From an uncultured Verrucomicrobiae bacterium (GTDB lineage: Bacteria; Verrucomicrobiota; Verrucomicrobiia; Limisphaerales; JAFGQR01): a DNA stretch of 64,000 nucleotides. The translations under genes and the position numbers were made by a program. Shown piece by piece: positions 1-10,700 of the stretch (position 1 is the first letter of the stretch; each line of letters begins with the position of its first letter). Under the pieces are notes generated by a model that saw only the letters and a program-made list of their open reading frames with translations, did not search any database and was not told the origin of the DNA. The DNA is taken from contig CAWBHS010000057.1 in NCBI GenBank assembly GCA_963788655.1, positions 224,001 to 288,000 on the forward strand. The letters run 5' to 3'.

Positions 1-673
1 AATTCACCGAGCCGCTGCCGGAGCCGGTTGCCCCCGCGGTAATGGTGATCCAGGAATTCGTGTTGATCGTCTCCCAATCGCAACCATTGTCGGTGGTCAC
101 CGCCACGGTCCCCAGTCCGCCACCGGCGTTGAACGAGTCACTGTTCGCACCCAATGAATAAGCGCAACTCCCCTCAATGGTCACCGTGCCGTCCACGTAC
201 GTGGAACTCAATGGCGTGGCAAACTCGTCCGACACTTCGCGACCAATCGGCTGGTCTCCAAGAGTCACCGGGGTGGCGACCGTGCTCGTACCGGGAGCGG
301 CGGCGAAGCACACGTCAACAACCACCTGGGAGCCTGCGGGAAAGGTGGAGCTGAAATAAAGCGCCACGGCGCATCCAACACGACCCGACTCAGCCTGATT
401 GGCGTTGAGCACCAAGGGGAACGCGCTGCTGGCGCCGCTGCCCAAACTCGCAGAGACGAAGGTCAGCAGGGCGGGATCGTAATTCAGACTGAAGCCCAAG
501 GCATTTTCATCGCCCTGGGCCTCCAGAAAAACTGACAGACACTGCGTCTGTCCACGGGAAACCGTCATGTCCCCAACCCGCAAACTTCGTTCAGCGCCGA
601 AACTGGCTGACACAAGCGTCAGCATTAACAGCGAAACGACCGCCAAATACCTTGTGTTGACTGATTCTCTCAT
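1..673 (-). CDS. Secreted cohesin-like + BACON-repeat protein (partial; continues beyond left edge; absent from ORF track)
   Basis: Manual translation from ATG at 673: MRESVNTRYLAVVSLLMLTLVSASFGA (signal peptide), then cohesin-like LEAQGDENALGFSLNYDPALLTF...DQPIGREVSDEFA..., then BACON-like CAYSLGANS...GCDWETINTNSWITITAGATGSGSGSV. Open frame to position 1. Confidence 0.85.
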   Translation of the reverse strand, partial: MRESVNTRYLAVVSLLMLTLVSASFGAERSLRVGDMTVSRGQTQCLSVFLEAQGDENALGFSLNYDPALLTFVSASLGSGASSAFPLVLNANQAESGRVGCAVALYFSSTFPAGSQVVVDVCFAAAPGTSTVATPVTLGDQPIGREVSDEFATPLSSTYVDGTVTIEGSCAYSLGANSDSFNAGGGLGTVAVTTDNGCDWETINTNSWITITAGATGSGSGSVN

Positions 674-863
674 ATTTCGATCCCATTTATTGCCAATCCT
701 TTAAATAGTCGGCTGCCAGCCGGTTTTCTGAAATCCGTAAGACCCCTAAGCCGGCCATCGGGGAAATACCTAAAAGGCTCTCCGGGCAATTGCGGTACGG
801 CGCGGCTCGCCCCGCTTAACGCGGTAATCCGGGATTTGTTCCTCATTGGAGACTGCGTCCGGG

Positions 864-3800
864 CTATTGTTGCTTCACGGCCCGGTAAAATCGTTGCGCA
901 AAATTGGTGGTGCCAAGGTCGATGAAATCGATGGTCCCCAGCGTATTGGTCAGGCGAGACAGCGTATCCCAATGCACCAGATTGGTTGAACCTTGCACTT
1001 CCCAAATCTCGCCGGGCACGCCGGACAGCGTCAGCTTCATTTGTCCGGTGGCGGCGGGCATGGTGATCGGCCCGAGGGTGACGCCCACAGTGGAAAACTG
1101 CTGGGTGACCGTGAACAATTGATTGGCCACGACCAACTGGCCCGTACGCTCCTCAAGACCGGTATTGGCGCTCACTTCATAGCTCACGCTGCCGTCGCCG
1201 GAACCACTCTCGCCCGCGGAGATCGTGATCCAGTCATTGGGGTTTTCGACGGTCCAATTGCACCCGTCGCCGGCCGTCACCGTAATCAAGCCGCTTTCCG
1301 AGCCCGGACCATGAGTAGCCTCGGTCGGCGCAATTACCCAGGTGCAATCCGATCCCGACTGGGTCACGGTAAAGAGCGCAAACGGATCGCCGGGAATGGT
1401 CAACATACCGGTCCGTTCATTGCGCGTCGGATTGGGCGCCACGGTGTAGGTCACGGTGCCGAAGTTGGTGCCGTCCGGACTGGAAGTGAGGGTGATCCAA
1501 CTGTTGGTGCTGACCACCGTCCAACTGCAACTGGTCAGCGAGGAGATGGCCACTTGGGCAGTTTCCTGGGCCGGGCCGTGGATGCGGTTGGTCGGCGAGA
1601 ACTCGAAGAGGCAAAACGCGCCGCGTTGGTTCAAGGTGAAAACCTGATCGGCAACAAACACGAGCCCGGTCCGTTCGAGAGCGCTGATATTGGGCGGAAT
1701 CGTATAACTGAATTCGCCGTTGCCGCTGCCGGTGGTGCTCGAACTGATCGTGATCCAGGCGTTCGTGTTGGATACCGTCCAATTGCAGCCGTCGTTGGCC
1801 GTCACGCTCACGGTGCCGCTGCTGGCGCCGCTGCCGTGCAACCGGTCCTCCGGGGATAATTTGTAACTACAGGTTTGGCCCTGTTGCCCCAGGTTGAAGG
1901 GTTGGCCGCCAATAACCACCACGCCGGAACGGTCATTGAACGTGTCATTGGCTGCCACGGAGTAACTGACCTCGCCGGGGCCGGTACCGGTCAGGCCCGA
2001 GGTGATCGTGATCCAACTGTTCGTATTCTCGACGAGCCATTCACATCCGTTCAGCGTGGTCACGCTCACCGTCCCGGCCGCAGCGCCGTAACCGTGCGTG
2101 CGACTGCCCGGGGTGATGGAATAGGTACACGGTGAACCAATTTGCGTCACGCGGAACGCTTCGCTGCCAATGGTCACCACGCCGGTGCGGTTACTCAGGC
2201 CCGCATTGGCGTCCACGGAGTATTGCACTTGCGTGCTGCCGGTGCCGGTGGGGCTGGAGCTGATCGTAATCCAATCGTTGGTGTTGACCACGGTCCACGT
2301 GCAGCCGTCGAGCGTTGTCAGGTCCACCGTGTCCGCGGCGGCGCCGTAACCATGGGTGCGGTCAATGGGAGACAACTTATAGGTGCAGGGCCGTCCCACT
2401 TGACTCACGCTGAACACCTGATTGGCGATCACGATCACGCCTGCCCGGCCTTCGATGCCCGGATTATCTTGCACGGCATACTCCACGTCGCCACTGCCGG
2501 TCATGCTCGGGGCGGAGTTGATCGTGATCCAAGTGTTGGTGTTCACTACGTCCCACGTGCAACCGTCGAGCGTCACCACACTCACTTGGTCTGTAGCCGC
2601 GCCGTAACCGTGCGTGCGATTGATCGGCGTCAATGCATACGTGCAGGGCACGCCCGCCTGGATCAACGTAAAGGGTGTGCCGCCAACGGTCACTACACCG
2701 GTCCGGTCATTCAGGCCGGAATTATCCGCCACGTTGTAGTTCACCGTAGTACTGCCCTGCCCATTCGAGCTCGTCGTAATGGTGATCCAACTATTGGTGT
2801 TAACGATCGTCCAACTGCACCCGCTGAGGGTGGTGAGGCCGATCGTGCCAGCGCTGGCGCCGTAACCGTGGTTGCGACTGGTCGGTGACAAGGCGTATTC
2901 ACAGGGGGCGCCGGTTTGCGTCAGCACAACCGTTTCGCCGCCAATCACGAGCGTCCCGGTCCGGGCGTTGGGACCTTCGTTGGCGGCCACCGTGTAGTTG
3001 ATGGTAGCACTGCCGCTGCCTTCGGGATTGGAGGCAATGGTAATCCAAGTGTTGGTGTTCACCACACTCCAGACGCATCCATCGAGCGCAACCAAGTTCA
3101 CACTGTCGGCCGCCGCGCCGTAACCGTGCGTGCGGGTCGTCGGCGTCAATGCATACGTGCAGGGCACGCCCGCCTGGATCAACGTAAAGGGTGTGCCGCC
3201 AATGGTCACCACGCCGGTCCGGTCATTCAGACCGGGATTGGCCACCACGGTGTAGTTCACCGTGGTACTGCCCTGACCGTTGGGACTCGTCGTGATGCTG
3301 ATCCAGCTATTGGTGTTGACGATCGTCCAAGTGCATCCGCTGAGGGTGGTGAGGCCGATCATGCCGGCGCTGGCGCCGTAACCGTGGTTGCGACTGGTTG
3401 GCGACAAAGCGTATTCACACAGGGCGCCGGTTTGCGTCAGGACGAGCGTTTCACCCCCAATCACGAGCGTCCCGGTCCGGGCGTCGGGACCTTCGTTGGC
3501 GGCCACCGTGTAGTTGATAATCGCGCTGCCGCTGCCCTCGGGGTTCGAGGTGATGGTAATCCAAGTGTTGGTGTTCACCACGCTCCAGGCGCAACCATCG
3601 AGCGTCGCCAAGCTCACACTGTCAACCGCCGCTCCGTAACCGTGCGTGCGGGTCGTCGGCGTCAATGCATAGGTGCAGGGCACGCCCGCCTGGGTCAATG
3701 TGAACGGCGCGCCGCCAATGGTCACCACGCCGATCCGGTCGTTCAAGCCGGGATTGGCCACCACGGTGTAGTTCACCGTGGTACTGCCCTGCCCGTTGGG

Positions 3801-4550
3801 ACTCGTCGTGATGCTGATCCAGCTATTGGTGTTGACGATCGTCCAACTGCACCCGCTGAGGGTATTGAGGCCAATCGTACCAGCGCTGGCGCCGTAGCCG
3901 TGATTACGACTGGTCGGAGTCAAGGTATAGGTACACGGGGCGCCGGTTTGGATCAGGACGAATGTTTCACCGCCAATCACCACCGTCCCACTCCGGTCGT
4001 TGGGGCCTGGATTGGCGGCCACCGTGTAGTTGACTTCAGTGCTGCCGGTGCCTTCGAGGCTCGTCGTGATGGTAATCCAGGCATTGGTGTTCTCCACGGT
4101 CCAGGGGCAGCCGATGACGGAGGTCAAGCTGACGGCGCCGCCAGTCGCGCCATATCCATGGGTCCGCCCGGTCGGCGACAACTTGTAGGTGCAAGGGCGC
4201 CCGCGTTGCGTCACGTTGAACGGTTGGTCAGCAATGACGAGCACGCCCGTCCGCTCGGCGGAACTTGGATTGGCGTCCACACTGTAGAGGATGTCGCTGG
4301 TGCCGGCGCCACTGGCGCTGGACAGAATGTCGATCCAGGTGTTCGTGTTCACCACCGTCCAGGCACAGCCGCTGGTGGTCACCACGGAAACCCGATCGGT
4401 GGTGGCGCCGTAACCGTGCGTGCGCTCTATCGGGGAGAGCGCATACGTACAAGGCTCGCTCGCTTGGGCTGGGCTTTGACCGAGGACAGCCAAAGTTATC
4501 GCCAAGGGCATAAGGGCCCTCCACACCTTCTGGTTGAAGAAATTTCTCAT
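864..4550 (-). CDS. Secreted protein of 13 tandem BACON-like (Cys-containing Ig-fold) repeats with C-terminal RFYR-type tail
   Basis: ORF 864..4592; likely start MRNFFNQKVWRALMPLAITLAVLG at 4550. Counted 13 repeats of ~86 aa (CTYxLxPxxRxHGYG...GCxWxVVNTNxWIxI...RTGxxxIG...FxxxQ). Tail ends QRFYRAVKQQ. Confidence 0.85.
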   Translation of the reverse strand: MRNFFNQKVWRALMPLAITLAVLGQSPAQASEPCTYALSPIERTHGYGATTDRVSVVTTSGCAWTVVNTNTWIDILSSASGAGTSDILYSVDANPSSAERTGVLVIADQPFNVTQRGRPCTYKLSPTGRTHGYGATGGAVSLTSVIGCPWTVENTNAWITITTSLEGTGSTEVNYTVAANPGPNDRSGTVVIGGETFVLIQTGAPCTYTLTPTSRNHGYGASAGTIGLNTLSGCSWTIVNTNSWISITTSPNGQGSTTVNYTVVANPGLNDRIGVVTIGGAPFTLTQAGVPCTYALTPTTRTHGYGAAVDSVSLATLDGCAWSVVNTNTWITITSNPEGSGSAIINYTVAANEGPDARTGTLVIGGETLVLTQTGALCEYALSPTSRNHGYGASAGMIGLTTLSGCTWTIVNTNSWISITTSPNGQGSTTVNYTVVANPGLNDRTGVVTIGGTPFTLIQAGVPCTYALTPTTRTHGYGAAADSVNLVALDGCVWSVVNTNTWITIASNPEGSGSATINYTVAANEGPNARTGTLVIGGETVVLTQTGAPCEYALSPTSRNHGYGASAGTIGLTTLSGCSWTIVNTNSWITITTSSNGQGSTTVNYNVADNSGLNDRTGVVTVGGTPFTLIQAGVPCTYALTPINRTHGYGAATDQVSVVTLDGCTWDVVNTNTWITINSAPSMTGSGDVEYAVQDNPGIEGRAGVIVIANQVFSVSQVGRPCTYKLSPIDRTHGYGAAADTVDLTTLDGCTWTVVNTNDWITISSSPTGTGSTQVQYSVDANAGLSNRTGVVTIGSEAFRVTQIGSPCTYSITPGSRTHGYGAAAGTVSVTTLNGCEWLVENTNSWITITSGLTGTGPGEVSYSVAANDTFNDRSGVVVIGGQPFNLGQQGQTCSYKLSPEDRLHGSGASSGTVSVTANDGCNWTVSNTNAWITISSSTTGSGNGEFSYTIPPNISALERTGLVFVADQVFTLNQRGAFCLFEFSPTNRIHGPAQETAQVAISSLTSCSWTVVSTNSWITLTSSPDGTNFGTVTYTVAPNPTRNERTGMLTIPGDPFALFTVTQSGSDCTWVIAPTEATHGPGSESGLITVTAGDGCNWTVENPNDWITISAGESGSGDGSVSYEVSANTGLEERTGQLVVANQLFTVTQQFSTVGVTLGPITMPAATGQMKLTLSGVPGEIWEVQGSTNLVHWDTLSRLTNTLGTIDFIDLGTTNFAQRFYRAVKQQ
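2650..3941 (-). repeat. Near-identical 516-bp intragenic tandem repeat (2 BACON units per period, ~2.5 copies)
   Basis: Odd-numbered repeat starts at ~3941, ~3425 and ~2909 (516-bp spacing) with long stretches of nucleotide identity. Confidence 0.8.
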
Positions 4551-4616
4551 ACTTCTGCTCTCGTTTGCTTGTGGTTCGTTACACCATTTCATTCGTCACT
4601 GGATTCGGAAATTCGT

Positions 4617-4669
4617 AAATCCCCCCGGCGCGCCCTCCGCAGATTCGCGGCGCGCGGGGACGGGGATTT
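4617..4669. other. GC-rich intergenic stem-loop between CotH gene and BACON gene
   Basis: AAATCCCC...GGGGATTT outer arms and GCGCGCC/GGCGCGC inner arms. Confidence 0.5.
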
Positions 4670-4717
4670 GCTGAAACTGGAACATGATCGCGCATTGCCA
4701 TGATTGGTTCGCACTGG

Positions 4718-7700
4718 TTATTGGCTTACCGCCCGATAGAATCGCGGGTTCGCGTTGATGGCATCCGCGTCGATGTATTCCACGGTGCCGGTCGTATTGG
4801 TCACGGTGGTCAAGGGATCCCAGTGTTCGAGATCCGCCGAGCTTTGCAATTCCCACACGGCACCCGGCTCACCGAACAGGATCAGCTTCACGCCTCCCTC
4901 CGGAAGGGGCGCGACCTCTTGGAACATGACGCCGCTGGTGATGGTGACCGTCGCATTCTCGTAGGTCGCTTCCAGGATGTTGGCAAACGAGTCCGATACC
5001 TCGCGGCCAATGGGGAAATCACCCATGGTGACGGAAGTGGAAGCCGTCTCACTCACCTCCGCCGCCTGGAAACAAACCTCGGCAATCACGTGCGTCCCGG
5101 TTGTGAATGCGGTCCCAAACGGCAGCGCGATCAGCAAGCCCACCGCGCCGGAATCGGCGTGCGCCGTATTGACAATCACGGTGGCGTTGCTGGCGTCGCT
5201 GCCCTTGGTAGCCGACAGGAAGGTCAACAACTCCGGATCGAAGTTGAGGCTGAAGCTCAAGGCATTTTCATCGCCTTGGGCCTCCAGTAGAATTTGCAGG
5301 CAATTGGACTGGCCGCTGCCAATATTCATGTTGGCGACCGTGATCACGCGCTGTTGCTGGGGCGCAAAACCTTTGGTGGACGACGCGCCCGCGCCCGGAT
5401 CGAGCAACAGCGGCGCAAATCCCGGGGCGGAACCGCCCACGGGTACCGCCGGGTCCAATCCCGCGGCATAACGCCCGGCCTGCACCCAATCGGAAATGGT
5501 GATGCTGCCGTTACCGGAAGGTTTGGGCGCGCAGTCCACCCGGGAAAATTCGCACGGATCGGTGGTGGTATCGAGGCCCGCGGCAAAGCGCCCGACCTGC
5601 ACCCAGTCGGAAATGGAAATCGCTCCGTTGCCGTTGGGCCGCGGCGCAGCATCGGCCATCAGACCGCTGCACGAACTGCCGCCACTGACCACCACGGTGA
5701 AACTTTGGGTCGCGCTCAAGCTCGGCACCCCGCTGTCCGTGGCGGACACCAGCACCCCGTTGGTACTGGGGCCCTGACCCGAGCCAGGGGTCCAGGTGAA
5801 GACGCCCGCCGGGCTGACGCTGGCACCGGCGGGTCCCGAAACCAGGGAATACGTGAACGTTTGTGCCGGCAGATCGGTATCGATCACCGGGATCGTGAGA
5901 CTGACCAAGGTGCCGACACTGACCGACTGGTCCGCCATGGGATCAATGACCGGTGGATTGTTCACCTCGTTAACCGTCACGGTAAACGTCTGGGTGTCAT
6001 TCAATGCCGGTTCTCCGTTGTCGGTGACGGCGACGGTGATCGAGTAATCGACGCCGCCCTGGGATTCGATGGGAGTCCAGGTGAACCCACCCGTTGCCGG
6101 ATCAATGGCAGCCCCGTACGGCGCTCCCGCCATCAACGAAAAGGTCAACGGCTGGGCCGGCACGTCGCCGTCGGTGGCGAACACCGTAAAACTCAGTAAT
6201 TGGCCTTCATTCACGCTGCGGTCCAGAATCGGCCCCAGCGTCGGCGCATACACATTGCCAGTGACAATGTTGGAGGTGCCGGGCGTGGGCGTGGTCATGA
6301 ATTGGAAACCACCGGTAAGGTTGCCATCGTGGAAGCGCCCCTGGCTGACGTCGGCGATTTGGCTGCCGAAAATAACCGTATCCACATTCACGCCTTCAGG
6401 ACTGAACAGGCCGATTTCATCCCCGCTCTTCGAGATTTTGAAACTGGTGTGCAGGGCGTTTCCCATCATGTTGGTGCCGGAATTGTCATTGTCCGCCCAG
6501 CAGAGCAGGAAGCTGTTCGGCGCGAGGGTAACGCCCTCGGGAATGCGCCATTCCTTCTCATTGTTCAAGCTGTCGGTCAGATAGAACCCGGACAAATTGA
6601 GCGTGAGCGACCCGAAGTTGTAGAGTTCGAACCAGTCGTCATACCGCTGCGTGAGGGGATCCAGCAACGTGCGCGTGTTGCTGGCCATCCACTCGTTGAT
6701 CACCACCGGCACCGGCGCCGGATTGTTGGCCGCGCCGGGCGTCACGAAATAGAACAGTTGTTGGTCAAACAGTTGTCCGTCCGGGTAGGCGCCAAAGGAC
6801 AAGCCGGGGGACATGTTGGTGTAATTGAGGTAATCCACGATCAACTGCCCGCGGGAGAGCGCCACCGAGCCATTGACCGGATCGAGCCGGAAAGAGGTGT
6901 GCAACACCGACTCCGTGGAAAGCTCCGGCTGGCCATCGGCAAAGATGATGCGGAACTCGCCGGGATTGATCAAGGTGCCGGCGGGGAAGGCCCATTCATT
7001 CAGCGGGTCATAGGTCGCAGAAAGGAAGAAACCGTCGAGCGACAGGATGTTGGTGCTGCTGTTGTACAGTTCGATCCAAGGTTGGGGTGTGCCGGAATTG
7101 TCCACCAAACCGTCCGGATTGTCCGGCTGGACTTCATTGATCCAGACCAATGGATAAGCCGGCAGCGTACCGGTACCCCAATTGGCCTCGCCGGGCGTGG
7201 CGTACGCGGGACGTGCGTCGAGCTCGGACAGAAAGGAGCCCACCCCCAAACGCACAGTGAGCGTGTTGGCGGTGGAACCGGGATTCGAGCGGTACCAGAA
7301 ACTCAGGGTGTAAGTGTTGGCGGTGTTGATGGTGGTCACGTCCTGGTACAGGCAGCGCGACGTACTGCCTGACCGCGCAAAGACCAGGTGCAGGCTGCTG
7401 GCACCGGAATGGGCCAGGGCTGTGCTGACCGCGGAGCCCTCCGCACCGTTGGAGCCCAGCACGCCCCAATCACTGCCCAGCGGTAATTCGAACTCGCCGT
7501 TTCGCACCGCGTTGTCGCCGACCCCGGGCACCGACCCTGGCACCAGCGTCATGTCGTCGATATAAATATCCCCCGCGGCATCGAGGTAGAGGTAAATACG
7601 GGTGCCGGACGGTTTGCCGGTAAAGCTGAAGAAATGCCAGGCGGACCCGTCATCCCAGTTGCTCACCCGGGAGTTGTCCTGGGCGGCATCGATGAGTTGC

Positions 7701-10700
7701 AGTGATTTGCCTGCGCCGGGGGTAGCCGGACCGGCGGGCCAGGGCGGTTCGGCGCGGAACTTCACCTGGTCGATGACGATGTCCGTCTCATTGGTCGTCG
7801 GGGCGCGCTGGAGCAACGTCAGCCGTTCCCCGTCGGGATCGAGGTTGCCGTTGAATTCGCCGGCGATCCGCGGGCCAGTCCCATAGGCCGTTTGGAACGC
7901 GACGGTGTCCTTCACCACCATCAGGAACTCCTGCGGGCCAATAATGGTTCCGGGACCGAAATTAAAATCGACGCCCTTCAACCGAAAGTCGGCCAGGCCA
8001 AACGTGGTGTTGGTGGAGCGATTGTAAATCTCGACGTACTCAGCATTGGTGACGGCAGGATTATACATGATTTCGTTGATCACCAGGCTGTCTTCCAGCC
8101 GGCTGACCGGGCCGTCGAAATAGATGGTCATGGCGGTGGTGGCATCGCCCAGTGGATTGCCATCGGCGTCGTAGCCTTGCACGACGAGGTGGTTGGTCTG
8201 GCCGCTGAGCGGTACTTGCGTGGACCAGTTGGTGATGGTGGACCAGGTGATCGGATAAGCCACGCCGTTGATGGTGATCTCGCGCGCGGAAATCGAAGCC
8301 GTGCCCTCAAGGGTCACCAGGGTGCTGCTACTGGTATAATCAACCCCGCCGTGGGTGGTGATTGCAAAGTCCACGTCCGCCTGCTGGAGCAACCAGAAGA
8401 TGTAATCGCGCCGGGCGCCCAGGAAGTTTTTCACCGCGGTGGGTTCGGCCGCGTTGATGCCGCTAGCCAGGTAGGCGGCATTGCGGGCGTCGAGCACCGG
8501 GTGCAACCGGGAGGGATCGAGCGGGCCGTAGGCGGCATCCTCGAGGGCCTGCCAATAATAGCGCAGCACCAGGGGTTGGTTGAAGAGATTGGTGATCGGC
8601 GGATCGGAGAAATCAAAGAGCGAATCCGTGGGATTGCCGGAGAACGCGGCGTCGATGTCCCAGATGAAGAACCTCCAGGACATCGCCACCGGGCTTGTAC
8701 AGGAAAGCGTTCTGGCCGCCGGGTTTGGTGGCGTCACCTTTGATGCGGCGGCTGCCATACAGGTCGGTGTTATTGATGATGCGCTCCGCCGCAAATGATC
8801 GCGCCCATTCGAGGATATCCACATTAGGATAGACTTGCGCGGCATAGGCATCGCCCGTGGCGGTCGTATTCAAAATGTCCACCAGGCTAAAGAGGTTGGT
8901 GTAATTGTGGGCCGAATCCTTCACCGCGCGCTTGGGAAACGTTTGACGGTAGCGGGCCAGTTTCTTGACCCCACCCGTCGTCGTAAAGGGCAGGAGGCTG
9001 GGAAGCGTATTGCCATGGTGGGTGGTGTCGTCGCTGTACTCATACCAGTACGCCACCTTGTACAATCGCCCGCGGGAGCTGTCGGGATACCATTGGGCAT
9101 CAAAATCCTTGTTCGGCCGCTGGGTATCTTCGTAAATGATGCCCCGGCGCAAACCGTTAATAAACATATTGACCGCGCGTCGATGGAGCGCCGGAATGCC
9201 AAGTTGATCGACCAGCCAGAAACCAATTTGTTCATCCAATCCCGTGGCGTCTTTGCCCCACAGACCGGGTTGCTGCACCCGGATGGAATCCGCATCCATC
9301 AGTCGGTCATCCGACGGCAGGAGAATCTGGTAATCGCAGTTCGTGCCGATAGGCGAATCATACAGTTTGGTGTGGGCCGGACTGCCGGCGTAGTGGCTGC
9401 CCGCGTTGTAAATGGTGCGAAAGTTGCCATAGACAAACGTGCCGGCAAAAATATCGTTGCTGAATTTCTCCTGCGCCAGCCAGTTGTTCAGGCTCGCCTG
9501 GGTCAGCCAGAAACGGTAGGTGCCGTAGGTGGCCAGGGGTTGTTCGCTGCCAAAGTTCACCAGGCATTCGCGGGTCGGGGCGTCGTTCGGAAATCGCGTC
9601 GTCGCCGCCGGCGAATACTGGTCGGTAGCTTGCACGTAAAACGCCACCAAGGTGCCCTTCGGCTGGCCGGGAATGGTGGCCGCATACACCCCGTCCTTGG
9701 GAATCGCGTCGCCACCGGTGCCATTGTCCACCATCGTCAACGTGGCCGGAGCACCAAAGGGATCGATGCGATAGATCACTTGGACGGAGGCCAGCCCGTC
9801 GGGATCGTACACGCGGGCCCGGATGACGACCGGCTCGCCGTCCGCCGGCAGCACCGGAGTAGGAGTGATGTCGTCAATGGCCGGGCCGGTGTTGGCCGCC
9901 CAGCGGCTGTTGCGTTCACCGGGCGTTCCGAGATTGGGCGGCACGTCGAGCACGCCGGCAACTTCCAACATGTTACCGCGAAGTCGAAAGAGGATTTCCG
10001 GCTTGCCATGGAGCCATTTGACGCGAGCGGTGATGGATCCGACGACGTTGGAGGGATAGCTCTGGGTCAGATGGGTATAAATCCGATTGGCACCGGTGTC
10101 GCCACCATCGGTCGCCACGACGTGCAGCGAGCGGGTGCTGTTGTAGCCGGTGGTTTCCAGGTAGCAATGTTTATGGTTGCCCTGGAAGACCCAATAGTCC
10201 AAGCCGGTTTGAAAGGTCGAGTTGGTGACCATGTTCAGACCGCCGGCCGTGTCGGTAACGCGCACATCCACGTTGTCCACCAGGCACTCACCCCGATCCA
10301 GCATCGTAATTTGCAGCGAGTCCCAATCGCTCGGGGAATCGTCGCCGTTGTCGAGCCGGCCACTGGTGGTCACCAGGGTCCACGGGCTCTTGGCCGAATC
10401 GTCACTGTCGGCCCAGTTGCTCGCCAGGCGATTGTCGCTGCGGGGATCGATGAGTTCGAGGCTGCTGCCTTCGCCATCATTCCATTTGCCCCAACGGCCC
10501 CCGGTGCCATAACTCACCTCGTCCACGACGATGTAAATGAGGTTGGTTTTCACCACGCCGTTCAGGTTGGTGCTGACGACGGTGTCGGGCATCGACACCG
10601 CGATCCGTTCCCCGGAATTCTTGAGGCTGCCACCATAGTCGCCCACCGTATTGTTGGCGTTCAGAACGGGATATTTCGACCGCAACTGCAGCGCGTTCTT

